NCBI GenBank assembly: GCA_965248055.1
Contig: CBDFIJ010000004.1
Location: forward strand, 1,184,001 to 1,248,000
Reading direction: 5' to 3'
DNA length: 64,000 nt
Source: Candidatus Multivoradales bacterium
GTDB taxonomy: Bacteria > Acidobacteriota > Thermoanaerobaculia > Multivoradales > JAHEKO01
Shown: positions 30,291 to 38,997 of the stretch, in pieces
Layout of the letters: every line of letters begins with the position of its first letter
Position numbering within the stretch: the first letter of the stretch is position 1
Notes under the pieces: generated by a model
The model's input: the letters and a program-made list of their open reading frames with translations, nothing else
Databases searched by the model: none
Told to the model about the DNA's origin: nothing
Translations under genes and position numbers: made by a program

Positions 30291-31646
30291 ATGAGCCAGC
30301 CAGCCAGCCCACTTACCCCGCCACTGACCCCCAATCCCGGCCATCGCGACATTGGTCAAGGTCTGGTTTCGCAGCGTGTTGCTTGGGCAGGCACTGCGCT
30401 GTTCTTGCTATGGATCGCTTCGCAATCTCTGGTCACTGCGGTAGATGGATCACTGTTGCAATCCCTACAAGCCTGGACACGCTCGGTGAACCGAGCGATC
30501 ACCACCGCCCTTATTCCTTCCAGCCCGGCCAACGGTTCCGCCAACAGTCACCCCAATCGTCAGGTCCACACCGCAGGAGAAACTCTAGAAGAAGACCTAA
30601 CCAACGCCTCTTGGCTGCGTCGCAGCGTGCGCACTTGGGGTCAGTACGCACTCACCCACTGGGCTGGGGTCGGCAACACCCATGTGTATTTGGGCGACAA
30701 GACCGAGCAAGGCCATCGTTGGCTGTTTTTCACCCCCGCCACCGACCACGTTCTCGCTCCCGACTTTCTCGATCCGGGGGCCCAACGGCGCCGGGCCAAA
30801 GCGGCCAGTGCTTGGGACGATTTGCCGCAAACCGATCCTTGGCTGGCACTGAGGGAACTCAAGAGCTTCTTGCTGCAACAAGGTGTTGACTTGGTGGTGG
30901 TCCCGGCCCCGTCCAAGGCGATGCTGGCACCCCAATACTTGATGCCATCTCCTCCAGCTGGACCATTGCTCCACCCAGAGTACGATCAATTCTTGCAAGA
31001 CCTCAACGCGATGGGAGTCACGGTGGTCGACCCAGTTGTTGTTCTCGATCAAATCGATCCTGATGTTCCTCGGTTCCTGACGCAAGACTCTCATTGGACG
31101 CCTGAGACAATGGATAGAGTGGCTCAGGCAACCGCCGATCAGGTCGGCCAACACCTTGGCGAAAGTGCCCCAACCCAGAACTATCGTCGCCGGACTTTGA
31201 GCGTTTCCCATGGCGGAGATCTGGTCGAAATCCTGGCACTGCCGCAGTCAAGATCGTTGCCCGAACAATCAGTGGCCATTCGCCCGGTGTTCGCCGGCAA
31301 CCGCCCATGGCGACCCGATCCCCAGGCTCCCGTGCTGCTGCTGGGCGACAGTTTCTCCAACATCTACTCGCAAGAGTCCTTGGGTTGGGGAACCGGTGCC
31401 GGTTTCGCCGAGCAACTCTCGTACTACCTACACCGACCCGTCGACAAGATTGTGGTCAATGCCGGCGGTGCCCATGGATCACGCGAAGCTTGGGCACGCG
31501 ACTTAGCCAGCGGAGACCGCTCGTTGGAGCATCTGGAGGTCGTGGTCTACGAGTTCGCGGCGCGCGAGTTGTCGTGGGGGGATTGGCAGATGGTTCGGTT
31601 TGCCCCTCTTGAGCAGAGCAACGACCAGCCTAGACAAGGCCCTTAG
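30291..31646 (+). CDS. AlgJ/AlgX family SGNH-like O-acetyltransferase
   Basis: N-terminal TM, VVPAPSK, DSHWTP, LLGDSFS; follows the MBOAT gene. Confidence 0.88.
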   Translation: MSQPASPLTPPLTPNPGHRDIGQGLVSQRVAWAGTALFLLWIASQSLVTAVDGSLLQSLQAWTRSVNRAITTALIPSSPANGSANSHPNRQVHTAGETLEEDLTNASWLRRSVRTWGQYALTHWAGVGNTHVYLGDKTEQGHRWLFFTPATDHVLAPDFLDPGAQRRRAKAASAWDDLPQTDPWLALRELKSFLLQQGVDLVVVPAPSKAMLAPQYLMPSPPAGPLLHPEYDQFLQDLNAMGVTVVDPVVVLDQIDPDVPRFLTQDSHWTPETMDRVAQATADQVGQHLGESAPTQNYRRRTLSVSHGGDLVEILALPQSRSLPEQSVAIRPVFAGNRPWRPDPQAPVLLLGDSFSNIYSQESLGWGTGAGFAEQLSYYLHRPVDKIVVNAGGAHGSREAWARDLASGDRSLEHLEVVVYEFAARELSWGDWQMVRFAPLEQSNDQPRQGP

Positions 31647-31661
31647 CAAGGCCAAGTTGCC

Positions 31662-31791
31662 AAGATCCTCACCCCACTCCCTCCCACCCGCCGGGATGAT
31701 GGATTGGAATGGCCTACCCGAGGAGCCACGAGGTTGGAATGACCTATCCACGCTGTCTTCCCGGCGGGGTAGGGGCGGGGGGCCGGGATCT
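31662..31791. repeat. REP-like pair
   Basis: AGATCC...CCGGGATGA and GTCTTCCCGG...CCGGGATCT between convergent genes. Confidence 0.65.
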
Positions 31792-31798
31792 ATCAGTT

Positions 31799-32686
31799 CT
31801 ATTCAGGCGAGCTGGCTGGTAACGCCCTTGCCCAAGTGCGCGACCATTCCTGAAGCTCAGCTTTCAACCGCTTATTCTTGTTGGTGATCGGCTCCATCGA
31901 GATCACACCGCCGTCTTTGGCTGCAGCGCGCAGGATCTTTTTAGTTGCCAGTTTGCCCGCTGCGGTGCGTACTAACTTTGCCGCCCGGTAGAACTCGGCC
32001 TCCAAGCCCACCCACTCTTCGATCAGCATGCCTTCTTCGCCGTCATCGGGATTCGACAGGCGTCCCAGATCAGCGAACAAGCGCTCCACTTCCCTGACTC
32101 GCTGTGGCTCGCGCATAGCCAATACGTCCCAGGCGGCCAGATGAACCGCCAAGCGCATGGTCAATGGCGTGTTTGAACTCCAACCAGCTTGGCGCAACAT
32201 CACCGCCGTCGCTTCCAACTGAAGAAACAAATCCGACACCGCCAACGCGTCGGCACCTTCCGGCGCACCGACCAAGGGGTATCCAGGAAGCCGTTTCGCC
32301 GGTCTACCCAGAAGTCGACGCCAAAAAGAGGCTAACTCGATGTCGCCCTCAGCCGCGATCGCCAACGAGTCACCTGTCACTTGACCAGGCACACCGTAGT
32401 AAGGGCCGGCGTTGGCTTCGCCCCAATCGGCCCGGGTCAACACGTAAACCGTCATGCCGTACGGGTGTTTGGTCCACTTGGTCAGGGTAGCGGCCAGAGC
32501 CTCCAACCGCTGTTGCACGTGGGCTGCGCGGTCGAGAGTACCTGCCGAATACATCACATGAACCGTATCTCCCGGGAGCCTGAAGAGTCTGACATCGGCA
32601 GAGGCCCCTGCCGGTAACAAAGCACGGCTCAAGAGCACAGCCACCAGCAGACCCCATTTTCGGCTAGCCGTTGATCTATCCACCAT
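31799..32686 (-). CDS. Hypothetical exported protein
   Basis: Signal peptide ending ASA|D; TATGAT-N6-ATG at 32686; fills the gap between neighbouring genes. Confidence 0.65.
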   Translation of the reverse strand: MVDRSTASRKWGLLVAVLLSRALLPAGASADVRLFRLPGDTVHVMYSAGTLDRAAHVQQRLEALAATLTKWTKHPYGMTVYVLTRADWGEANAGPYYGVPGQVTGDSLAIAAEGDIELASFWRRLLGRPAKRLPGYPLVGAPEGADALAVSDLFLQLEATAVMLRQAGWSSNTPLTMRLAVHLAAWDVLAMREPQRVREVERLFADLGRLSNPDDGEEGMLIEEWVGLEAEFYRAAKLVRTAAGKLATKKILRAAAKDGGVISMEPITNKNKRLKAELQEWSRTWARALPASSPE

Positions 32687-32879
32687 GGTCGGATCATACG
32701 GCACCACCCTCAGCTATTCTTGTAGCTCTTGCAGGGGAGGGGCTTGTCCCTCTCCCGTGATCCCCCACCTCGGACGCCAACCAGCGTCTCCTCGACTCAC
32801 CTGACTGCCGATGCGCCTTGCTTTAGACTGTGGAATACGTGCCCATGCGGGGCCCGGCAACTACGCGGAGAAATCTATC

Positions 32880-33752
32880 TTGGACATCAACACCATTGCC
32901 GTTCTAGGCGCAGGCACCATGGGACGGGGTATTGCCCACGTCGCAGCCCAGGGCGGATACCGAACCTACCTTTTTGACACCCAAGCACTTGCCTTGGAGC
33001 AAGCGACCATTTCGATTCACCGCAACCTGGATAAGGGTGTCTCCTTGGGTAAACTCGAGGAAACGGTCGCCCAAGACGCCAAGCAAAACCTCAATACTTC
33101 CTCCGATCTGGCGATGGCAGTCGGTGACGCCGATTTGGTCATCGAAGCGATCCCCGAGTCGATGGAACTCAAGCTCCAGGTTTTCGCTCAGGTGGTTGAG
33201 GCGGCACCCAAGCACGCACTTCTAGCCTCCAACACCTCTGCCCTTTCAGTCACTGAAATGGCAGCCGGAACCGACCGACCGGAACGCTTTGCCGGCATGC
33301 ATTTTTTCAACCCAGTGCACCTGATGCGCCTGGTCGAGCTGGTCAGCGGGCTGCAGACCTCAAAGGAAACCCTAGACGTCATGGCCAAAGTATCAAGGCG
33401 CATGGGCAAGAAAGTGGTGCGGGTCAACGAGTCCCCCGGCTTCATCACCTCACGCATCAACGTGTTGATCGGCAACGAAGCCTTCCGCATGCTGGAACAG
33501 GGCGTCGCGTCGCCAGAAGACATCGACACCGCCTTGAAACTCGGCCTCAACCACCCGATGGGTCCGTTTGAGATGGTCGACCTCGTCGGCCTCGACGTGC
33601 GCCTGTCGATTTTGAAATTCCTGCACCAGACCCTGGGCGACACCTACCGCCCGACCCCGCTGATGGAGCGTTACGTCAAAGCTGGGAGACTGGGCCGCAA
33701 GACCGGACAGGGCGTCTACACCTACGACGAAGGCGGCAAACGAATTGACTAG
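32880..33752 (+). CDS. 3-hydroxyacyl-CoA (3-hydroxybutyryl-CoA) dehydrogenase
   Basis: GAGTMGRGIA, IEAIPE, SNTS, GMHFFNP, PMGPF, GRKTGQG; GGAG upstream of TTG 32880. Confidence 0.95.
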   Translation: MDINTIAVLGAGTMGRGIAHVAAQGGYRTYLFDTQALALEQATISIHRNLDKGVSLGKLEETVAQDAKQNLNTSSDLAMAVGDADLVIEAIPESMELKLQVFAQVVEAAPKHALLASNTSALSVTEMAAGTDRPERFAGMHFFNPVHLMRLVELVSGLQTSKETLDVMAKVSRRMGKKVVRVNESPGFITSRINVLIGNEAFRMLEQGVASPEDIDTALKLGLNHPMGPFEMVDLVGLDVRLSILKFLHQTLGDTYRPTPLMERYVKAGRLGRKTGQGVYTYDEGGKRID

Positions 33753-35053
33753 CTTGCTGAACTGAGATCCCGCACCGCTCGCTCCATCGACTCCACAGTG
33801 CGTTCGATGTCATCCTGGTGCATCGAACAGAAGGCGATACGCAAAAAGCGTGGGGCGATCGAGACCACGCCGACCGACTCGACGTCCAATAGGTGAAGGC
33901 GCACTTGCTCGGAGGTGAGCCCGAGCTGTTCAGGAATCTCGACCAGAGCGAAGCAACCGGCGTTGCATGCCAGTGGGCGCAAGACGGCACGATCCAAACC
34001 ATCCAAAACGGGGCGCAGGCGTCGATAGCGCTCCGAGAGGGTGACTCGAATTTTCTCGATGTCGGCGGCGACATCGGCAGACTGAAGAACCTGGAGCAGG
34101 ATCTCTTGCGCGATCGCCACCGGGGAACCCAACAATGCCCGAGACAGACACTTGAGCTTGCTCTCCAAGATCGCCGCGACCTCGCTATCGGGCTCATAGC
34201 CAAAAGTGATGAATCCAACGCGACCGCCGAACAAACCAAATTCTTTGGTGCCGCCGTCGACTTTGATCGGAATCAGGTTGGGATGGTTGGCGGCGACGGC
34301 GTCCCAGAACAACGACTTGGGATCACAGTCGTCTTGATAAACCAGTCCAGCGTAGGCGTCATCAAAAATCGCCACCAAAGGTCGACGATTGGCCGCCTGC
34401 AACAGGCTGTCGAGAAACGCTTGGCGCTCGTCGTGGTTGGGAAAGTAGCCCCCCGGGTTGGAGGGGAAATTGACAATGGTGACCGCCGGTTGGTCGCCCG
34501 GAAGTTGATCCAGCGCGGTCTGCCAGGCGGACGGATCGAAGCCGCCATCAGTGTTGTAGGCCGATCCACCGCTTAGGATCGCCCCTCGTCGCAACCCAAA
34601 CATCTGCCGGTAGTTACCCCAAAACGGCGTCGGCACGACCAGCGGAGTCCCTGCTTCCGAGAAAACGTCGGCCAGCAGACTCAGGCTGTGGCTCAAGCCC
34701 ACCGTGACCATCGGCAGGGTTGATGGCAGGTCTTCAGCGACGAATCGACGTTGCCAGGCGCGCCAAGAGTCGCGTAGCTCAGCGTTGCCTTGAATCGGTG
34801 AGTAGAGGAGCGCCCGATCTTTCTTTTCTACGCCTTTGAGCGCTGCCTCAACCGCGGGCAAGGCCAGCGCGTGACCCCGTCCGTCGGTGATTTGGCCAAT
34901 GGTGGCGTTGATGTCTTTGCCGCGCGCTTGGGCCGCTTGTTCGGGAATATCAGGAGGAAAGGTGGCAGCTAGTCCGAGGCTAGACATCGAACGGGCCAGC
35001 GCCGGGTGATTGTTAAGGAAAAACTCAGCTTGACCGGTGGCGTCGCTAATCAC
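33749..35053 (-). CDS. Class I/II PLP-dependent aminotransferase
   Basis: NFPSNPGG, DDAY, DGGTKEFGLFGGRVG. Confidence 0.9.
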   Translation of the reverse strand: MISDATGQAEFFLNNHPALARSMSSLGLAATFPPDIPEQAAQARGKDINATIGQITDGRGHALALPAVEAALKGVEKKDRALLYSPIQGNAELRDSWRAWQRRFVAEDLPSTLPMVTVGLSHSLSLLADVFSEAGTPLVVPTPFWGNYRQMFGLRRGAILSGGSAYNTDGGFDPSAWQTALDQLPGDQPAVTIVNFPSNPGGYFPNHDERQAFLDSLLQAANRRPLVAIFDDAYAGLVYQDDCDPKSLFWDAVAANHPNLIPIKVDGGTKEFGLFGGRVGFITFGYEPDSEVAAILESKLKCLSRALLGSPVAIAQEILLQVLQSADVAADIEKIRVTLSERYRRLRPVLDGLDRAVLRPLACNAGCFALVEIPEQLGLTSEQVRLHLLDVESVGVVSIAPRFLRIAFCSMHQDDIERTVESMERAVRDLSSAS

Positions 35054-35101
35054 CTTGGAAGACTCCTGATGAAATGGATTTCTGTGTGGCGGTGGCGGTG
35101 G

Positions 35102-35470
35102 TTACCAAACTTGCCAGTCGACCGAGGTTGCAACAGTTGATCGCTGAGCCGGATGCTGAGTTGAGGTGGCAACAGCCTCTCCTTTAGCTGCCTGCAACCC
35201 ACCAATCGCCGACGTCAGTGCGCTCAGGGCATTGGCTCGCAACGAATAGACCCGTTGCCGGCCCTGGGTGGCAACTTCCACCACGCCGCCGCTGAGCAAT
35301 ACCTTGAGATGCCGGGAAATCGCCGGAGCACTGATCTTGAATCCGTCACCGAGCTCGGTCGCCGACAGGGGCCCACTCGCCAGCCGCTCAACGATCTGCC
35401 AACGAACCGTGTCCGCCAGCGCTTTGACTATCGAGACAACGTCGGTGGATTTTGCGCTGGGCTTGCTCAT
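35102..35470 (-). CDS. ArsR/SmtB family transcriptional regulator
   Basis: KALADTVRWQIV...ISAPAISRHLKVL...GRQRVYSL. Confidence 0.9.
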   Translation of the reverse strand: MSKPSAKSTDVVSIVKALADTVRWQIVERLASGPLSATELGDGFKISAPAISRHLKVLLSGGVVEVATQGRQRVYSLRANALSALTSAIGGLQAAKGEAVATSTQHPAQRSTVATSVDWQVW

Positions 35471-35509
35471 ATGAGGTGAGTCTATTGCAGGTCCGATTTC
35501 TGTGCTTCT

Positions 35510-35590
35510 GAAACTGGATTCCTGAACTGGGCTCCTGAAATCGGGCTCACGAAATCGGGCTCACGAAAACTGGCCCAAGAAACTGAATCG
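35510..35590. repeat. Degenerate ~14 bp tandem repeat (about 6 units)
   Basis: GAAACTGGATTCCT, GAACTGGGCTCCT, GAAATCGGGCTCAC x2, GAAAACTGGCCCAA, GAAACTGAATCG. Confidence 0.7.
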
Positions 35591-35644
35591 CCCCGTCGAT
35601 ACTGCCGGCGGCGGGAAGCGGACCAATTTGAAACCTTGGAATTC

Positions 35645-35664
35645 ATTCAAACGTATGTTTAAAT
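35645..35664. promoter_or_regulatory. Putative TetR (PsrA-type) operator
   Basis: ATTCAAAC-GTAT-GTTTAAAT imperfect palindrome about 25 bp upstream of the TetR start; resembles the AAAC-N4-GTTT PsrA box. Confidence 0.65.
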
Positions 35665-35688
35665 CCGCGCCTCGCTCTAGCCATCGAG

Positions 35689-36315
35689 ATGACCAAGACA
35701 ACACTCAGCACCCGCGACCGCATTTTGGACACCGCCGAACAACTGTTCAGCGAACACGGCATCTCTGGGACTTCGCTGAGATCGGTCACCAGCGCTTCCG
35801 AGGTCAACCTCGCGGCGGTCCACTACCACTTTGGCTCCAAAGCGGAACTGGCGCGAGCGGTGGTCGCCCGGCGCATCGAGCCTTTGAATCAAGAGCGCCT
35901 ACAACGCCTGCGGCGGGCACAGGAATCTGGGGTAGCGCAGGTGCGTGAAATCGCCGAGGCCTTTGTACGCCCAGCGATTCACATGGCAATCGATCATCCC
36001 GAGGGGCCGCGATTTGCCCGCATGGTAGCTCGGGCATTGGTTGATCCGCATCCTGATATCCGTGCCGTGCTTTTCGAACAATTCAAGGAAACAGGCCCAG
36101 CGTTTCGTACCGCTCTGGGGCAAGCACTCCCGGCATTGAGTGACGAGGAGCTGAGCTGGCGAATGCAGTTCATGGTTGGTGCTATGGCTCACACCGTCAC
36201 CCGTTGTGCCTCCAACGAACAGCTCCCGATTCAGGTACCGGTGGAAAGTTCCGACGTCGTGGCGGATCGTTTGGTCGGTTTCTTGGTCGCGGGACTCTCC
36301 CAAGAGGAAGCATGA
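35689..36315 (+). CDS. TetR/AcrR family regulator (PsrA-like)
   Basis: RILDTAEQLFSEHG...TSLRSVT..SEVNLAAVHYHFGSK. Confidence 0.93.
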   Translation: MTKTTLSTRDRILDTAEQLFSEHGISGTSLRSVTSASEVNLAAVHYHFGSKAELARAVVARRIEPLNQERLQRLRRAQESGVAQVREIAEAFVRPAIHMAIDHPEGPRFARMVARALVDPHPDIRAVLFEQFKETGPAFRTALGQALPALSDEELSWRMQFMVGAMAHTVTRCASNEQLPIQVPVESSDVVADRLVGFLVAGLSQEEA

Positions 36316-37793
36316 GATACGGCGTCCAGTTAACCGTTACGGTCTTTACGATGGCGCTCGCGGGTTGTTCATCAGTGGCCGTTGTACCCGAGATCGAGCT
36401 GCCCCAGATTCCGCACCAGTGGACCTCTTCGCTGGCGCCGGCGACCGATCAGAACGAGCCGTGGTGGTCGACGCTGTCTGCTCCTGGTCTTGCTGAGGCG
36501 GTCGAAATCGCCCTGGTCAAGAACCCCACTCTGGGGCAACGGCGGGCGCGGTTGGACGCGGCCTTGGCGCAAGCTCGGATCGCTGGCGCCAGCCTGAAGC
36601 CTCAGGTGGGCCTCGGCGTCAATGGTTCTCGCAGACAACAGAACTTTATTGGCCTGCCGATCCCTGGAGCCGATGGCGGTGTTTTGACCTCAACCAGCAC
36701 CACAGTTGGTGTGTCTTTGGATACCGCCTGGGAGATCGACCTTTGGGGCCGCGGTCGAGCCAATCGTGCAGCGGCACGCTCGATGGTCGCGGCGAGCGAA
36801 CTGGAGCTGACCGCAACAGGTCTATCGATCGCCGCCCAGACCGCCAAAGCCTGGACTGCTGTGGCCGAATCCGCAGCGCAATTGGAGCTCTCGCAACAGA
36901 CTGTCAGCAACCGAGTGCGGGCTCGCGAACGGATTGAACGACGATTCGAATTGGGCATCGCCACCGCCTTGCAAGTCCGTTTGGCCCGCAGCGAGGAGCA
37001 GATTGCCAACGCCGATCTGCAGCAAAGCGATCTCAGCCACGACGCGATTCAGCGGCAATTCGAAGTACTGCTACGGCAGTACCCTACCGGGCAAGTCGCC
37101 GCGGGCTCGCTGCCCGATCTGCCAGCTATCTCCAGTGACTCATTGCCCACTGACCTGATCGCCCGACGTCCTGACCTGTTGGCTCTGGAAGCCAGGCTGG
37201 ACGCCGCTGGCTACTCACTGTTGGAGGCCAAGCGTTCCCTCTACCCCCGGCTGTCGCTCAATGGTTCGGTGGGCCGCACCGGCCAAGAAATGGCCGATCT
37301 TTTAGAGAGTGATTTCGATGTTTGGAGTCTGGCGGGAGGGTTGCTGCAACCGTTGTTTCAAGGTGGACGATTGCGCGCTGCGGTAGACCTGTCGCGGGCC
37401 CAACGCGATGAACTAGTAGCGCTCTATGTCCAGACCCTGCTCGATGCCTACCGCGAGGTCGAAACCCGCTTGGCCGCGGAGGACCGCTTAGCTGCGCTAG
37501 AAGATGCGCTCGCTGCCGCCGAGCAAGAAAGCCGTTCTGCGGTTGACTTGGCGGAGCGTGAATACTCCCGCGGAATCAATGACTACCTGGTAGTGCTGCG
37601 AACGCAAACCGATCACCTCAACGCCGCACGACGACGCTTAAGTGTGCGGGCGCAGAGATTGAGCAATCGAATCGACTTGCATCTGGCGCTGGGCGATGGG
37701 CTGGACACCATCCGTGATCGACAACGCTCTCAGATGCCGAGTTCAAGTTCGCAGGGACATTCGCCGAGGGTCTCGAAACAAGAACCCCAATAG
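36312..37793 (+). CDS. RND efflux outer membrane lipoprotein (NodT/TolC family)
   Basis: Lipobox LAGC; WEIDLWGR, RRPDL, QPLFQGGRL, LALGDG; ATGA overlap with tetR. Confidence 0.93.
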   Translation: MRYGVQLTVTVFTMALAGCSSVAVVPEIELPQIPHQWTSSLAPATDQNEPWWSTLSAPGLAEAVEIALVKNPTLGQRRARLDAALAQARIAGASLKPQVGLGVNGSRRQQNFIGLPIPGADGGVLTSTSTTVGVSLDTAWEIDLWGRGRANRAAARSMVAASELELTATGLSIAAQTAKAWTAVAESAAQLELSQQTVSNRVRARERIERRFELGIATALQVRLARSEEQIANADLQQSDLSHDAIQRQFEVLLRQYPTGQVAAGSLPDLPAISSDSLPTDLIARRPDLLALEARLDAAGYSLLEAKRSLYPRLSLNGSVGRTGQEMADLLESDFDVWSLAGGLLQPLFQGGRLRAAVDLSRAQRDELVALYVQTLLDAYREVETRLAAEDRLAALEDALAAAEQESRSAVDLAEREYSRGINDYLVVLRTQTDHLNAARRRLSVRAQRLSNRIDLHLALGDGLDTIRDRQRSQMPSSSSQGHSPRVSKQEPQ

Positions 37794-37815
37794 GAACCCC
37801 AGAAGGACTCGAACG

Positions 37816-38997
37816 ATGCCTGAATCAAAGAAAAAGTGGTTGCTTCCCTTGGTGATCTTGGGCGGCGCGGTTCTCGCCGCCATGGCGATCGTCGCCCTGC
37901 GCCCTGAGCCCGCCACTGCCCAGCGTCCAGAGGTACTACCCATCGTCGAAGTGCTGACGGTGCAACCCACCGATGTGGTATTCGAAGTGTCGGCGCAGGG
38001 GACGGTACAAGCAAGTACCGAAACTACTTTGGTGGCCCAGGTAGCCGGTGAGATTCGCCAGGTCGGCCGGGGACTGGCAGACGGCGCCTTGGTGCGATCG
38101 GGCGACCTGCTGGCGGTGATCGACCCGCGTGACTACCAACTCGCGGTGACCCGATCCGAAGCCCAGTTGGCGCAAGCGCAGCTCGGACTCAACCTAGAGC
38201 AAGCTCGCTCTGAAATCGCGCGCGAGGAGTGGTCGGAACTGGGCAAAGGAGAGGCTTCGCCCTTGGCAGCCCGGGAACCGCAAATCGCCGAAGCCCAAGC
38301 GGCGGTAGCGGCCGCCCAAGCCAACCTACAACAGGCACAGCTCGCACTTTCGCGGACTACGATTCGCGCTCCTTATAACAGTCGAGTGCGCACCAAGCTC
38401 GCCGATCGCGGTCAGTACGTCGGCCCAGGAACGCCGGTGGCGCAACTGGTCAGTACCGATCGTGCCGAGATTCCCTTGGCGGTTGCCCAAGAAGAATTGC
38501 AATTTCTGAACGCGGATTTTGGCACTACCAAAGATCTAAACATCCCGGTTGATCTTACGCTGGACGGTAGCAACCACTGGCAAGCACAAGTGATCCGGGC
38601 GGCGGGAGAAATTGATCCTCGCTCGCGAATGATGACCCTAACCGCACGCATCGAAGATCCTTTGGCGCTGCAGCGTGAAGGAAAAGCTCTGCCCTTGGGA
38701 TCGTTCGTGACCGCGTCGATTCGTGGTCTCCAGATGGAGGGTCTCTTTGTCTTACCCCGCTCCGCGCTACGCGGTCAGAATCGGGTGTTGATTCTGGAGG
38801 ACGGCAGGTTGAATTTTCGCCCGGTTACCATCCTGCGCATTCAACCCGATCAAGTGTTGGTGCGCTCTGGTCTGCAGGCGGGTGATCAAGTTTGTACCTC
38901 GGCAATCGAAGCCCCGGTGGACGGAATGCGAGTGGTGTTGCAAGCGGTCGATAGCGAGAGCCAAGACGTAGAAGCCGAATCAGAGGTCCGGCCGTGA
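37816..38997 (+). CDS. RND efflux membrane fusion protein
   Basis: N-terminal TM, AQVAGEI lipoyl half, coiled coil, IRAPY, GLQAGDQV. Confidence 0.93.
   Translation: MPESKKKWLLPLVILGGAVLAAMAIVALRPEPATAQRPEVLPIVEVLTVQPTDVVFEVSAQGTVQASTETTLVAQVAGEIRQVGRGLADGALVRSGDLLAVIDPRDYQLAVTRSEAQLAQAQLGLNLEQARSEIAREEWSELGKGEASPLAAREPQIAEAQAAVAAAQANLQQAQLALSRTTIRAPYNSRVRTKLADRGQYVGPGTPVAQLVSTDRAEIPLAVAQEELQFLNADFGTTKDLNIPVDLTLDGSNHWQAQVIRAAGEIDPRSRMMTLTARIEDPLALQREGKALPLGSFVTASIRGLQMEGLFVLPRSALRGQNRVLILEDGRLNFRPVTILRIQPDQVLVRSGLQAGDQVCTSAIEAPVDGMRVVLQAVDSESQDVEAESEVRP

Noticed and set aside
36204-36311. Long N-terminal extensions in the ORF track (also 37696, 32811, 25729, 47597, 53599)
   Set aside because: Downstream starts fit better on RBS, signal peptide position or overlap with neighbouring genes
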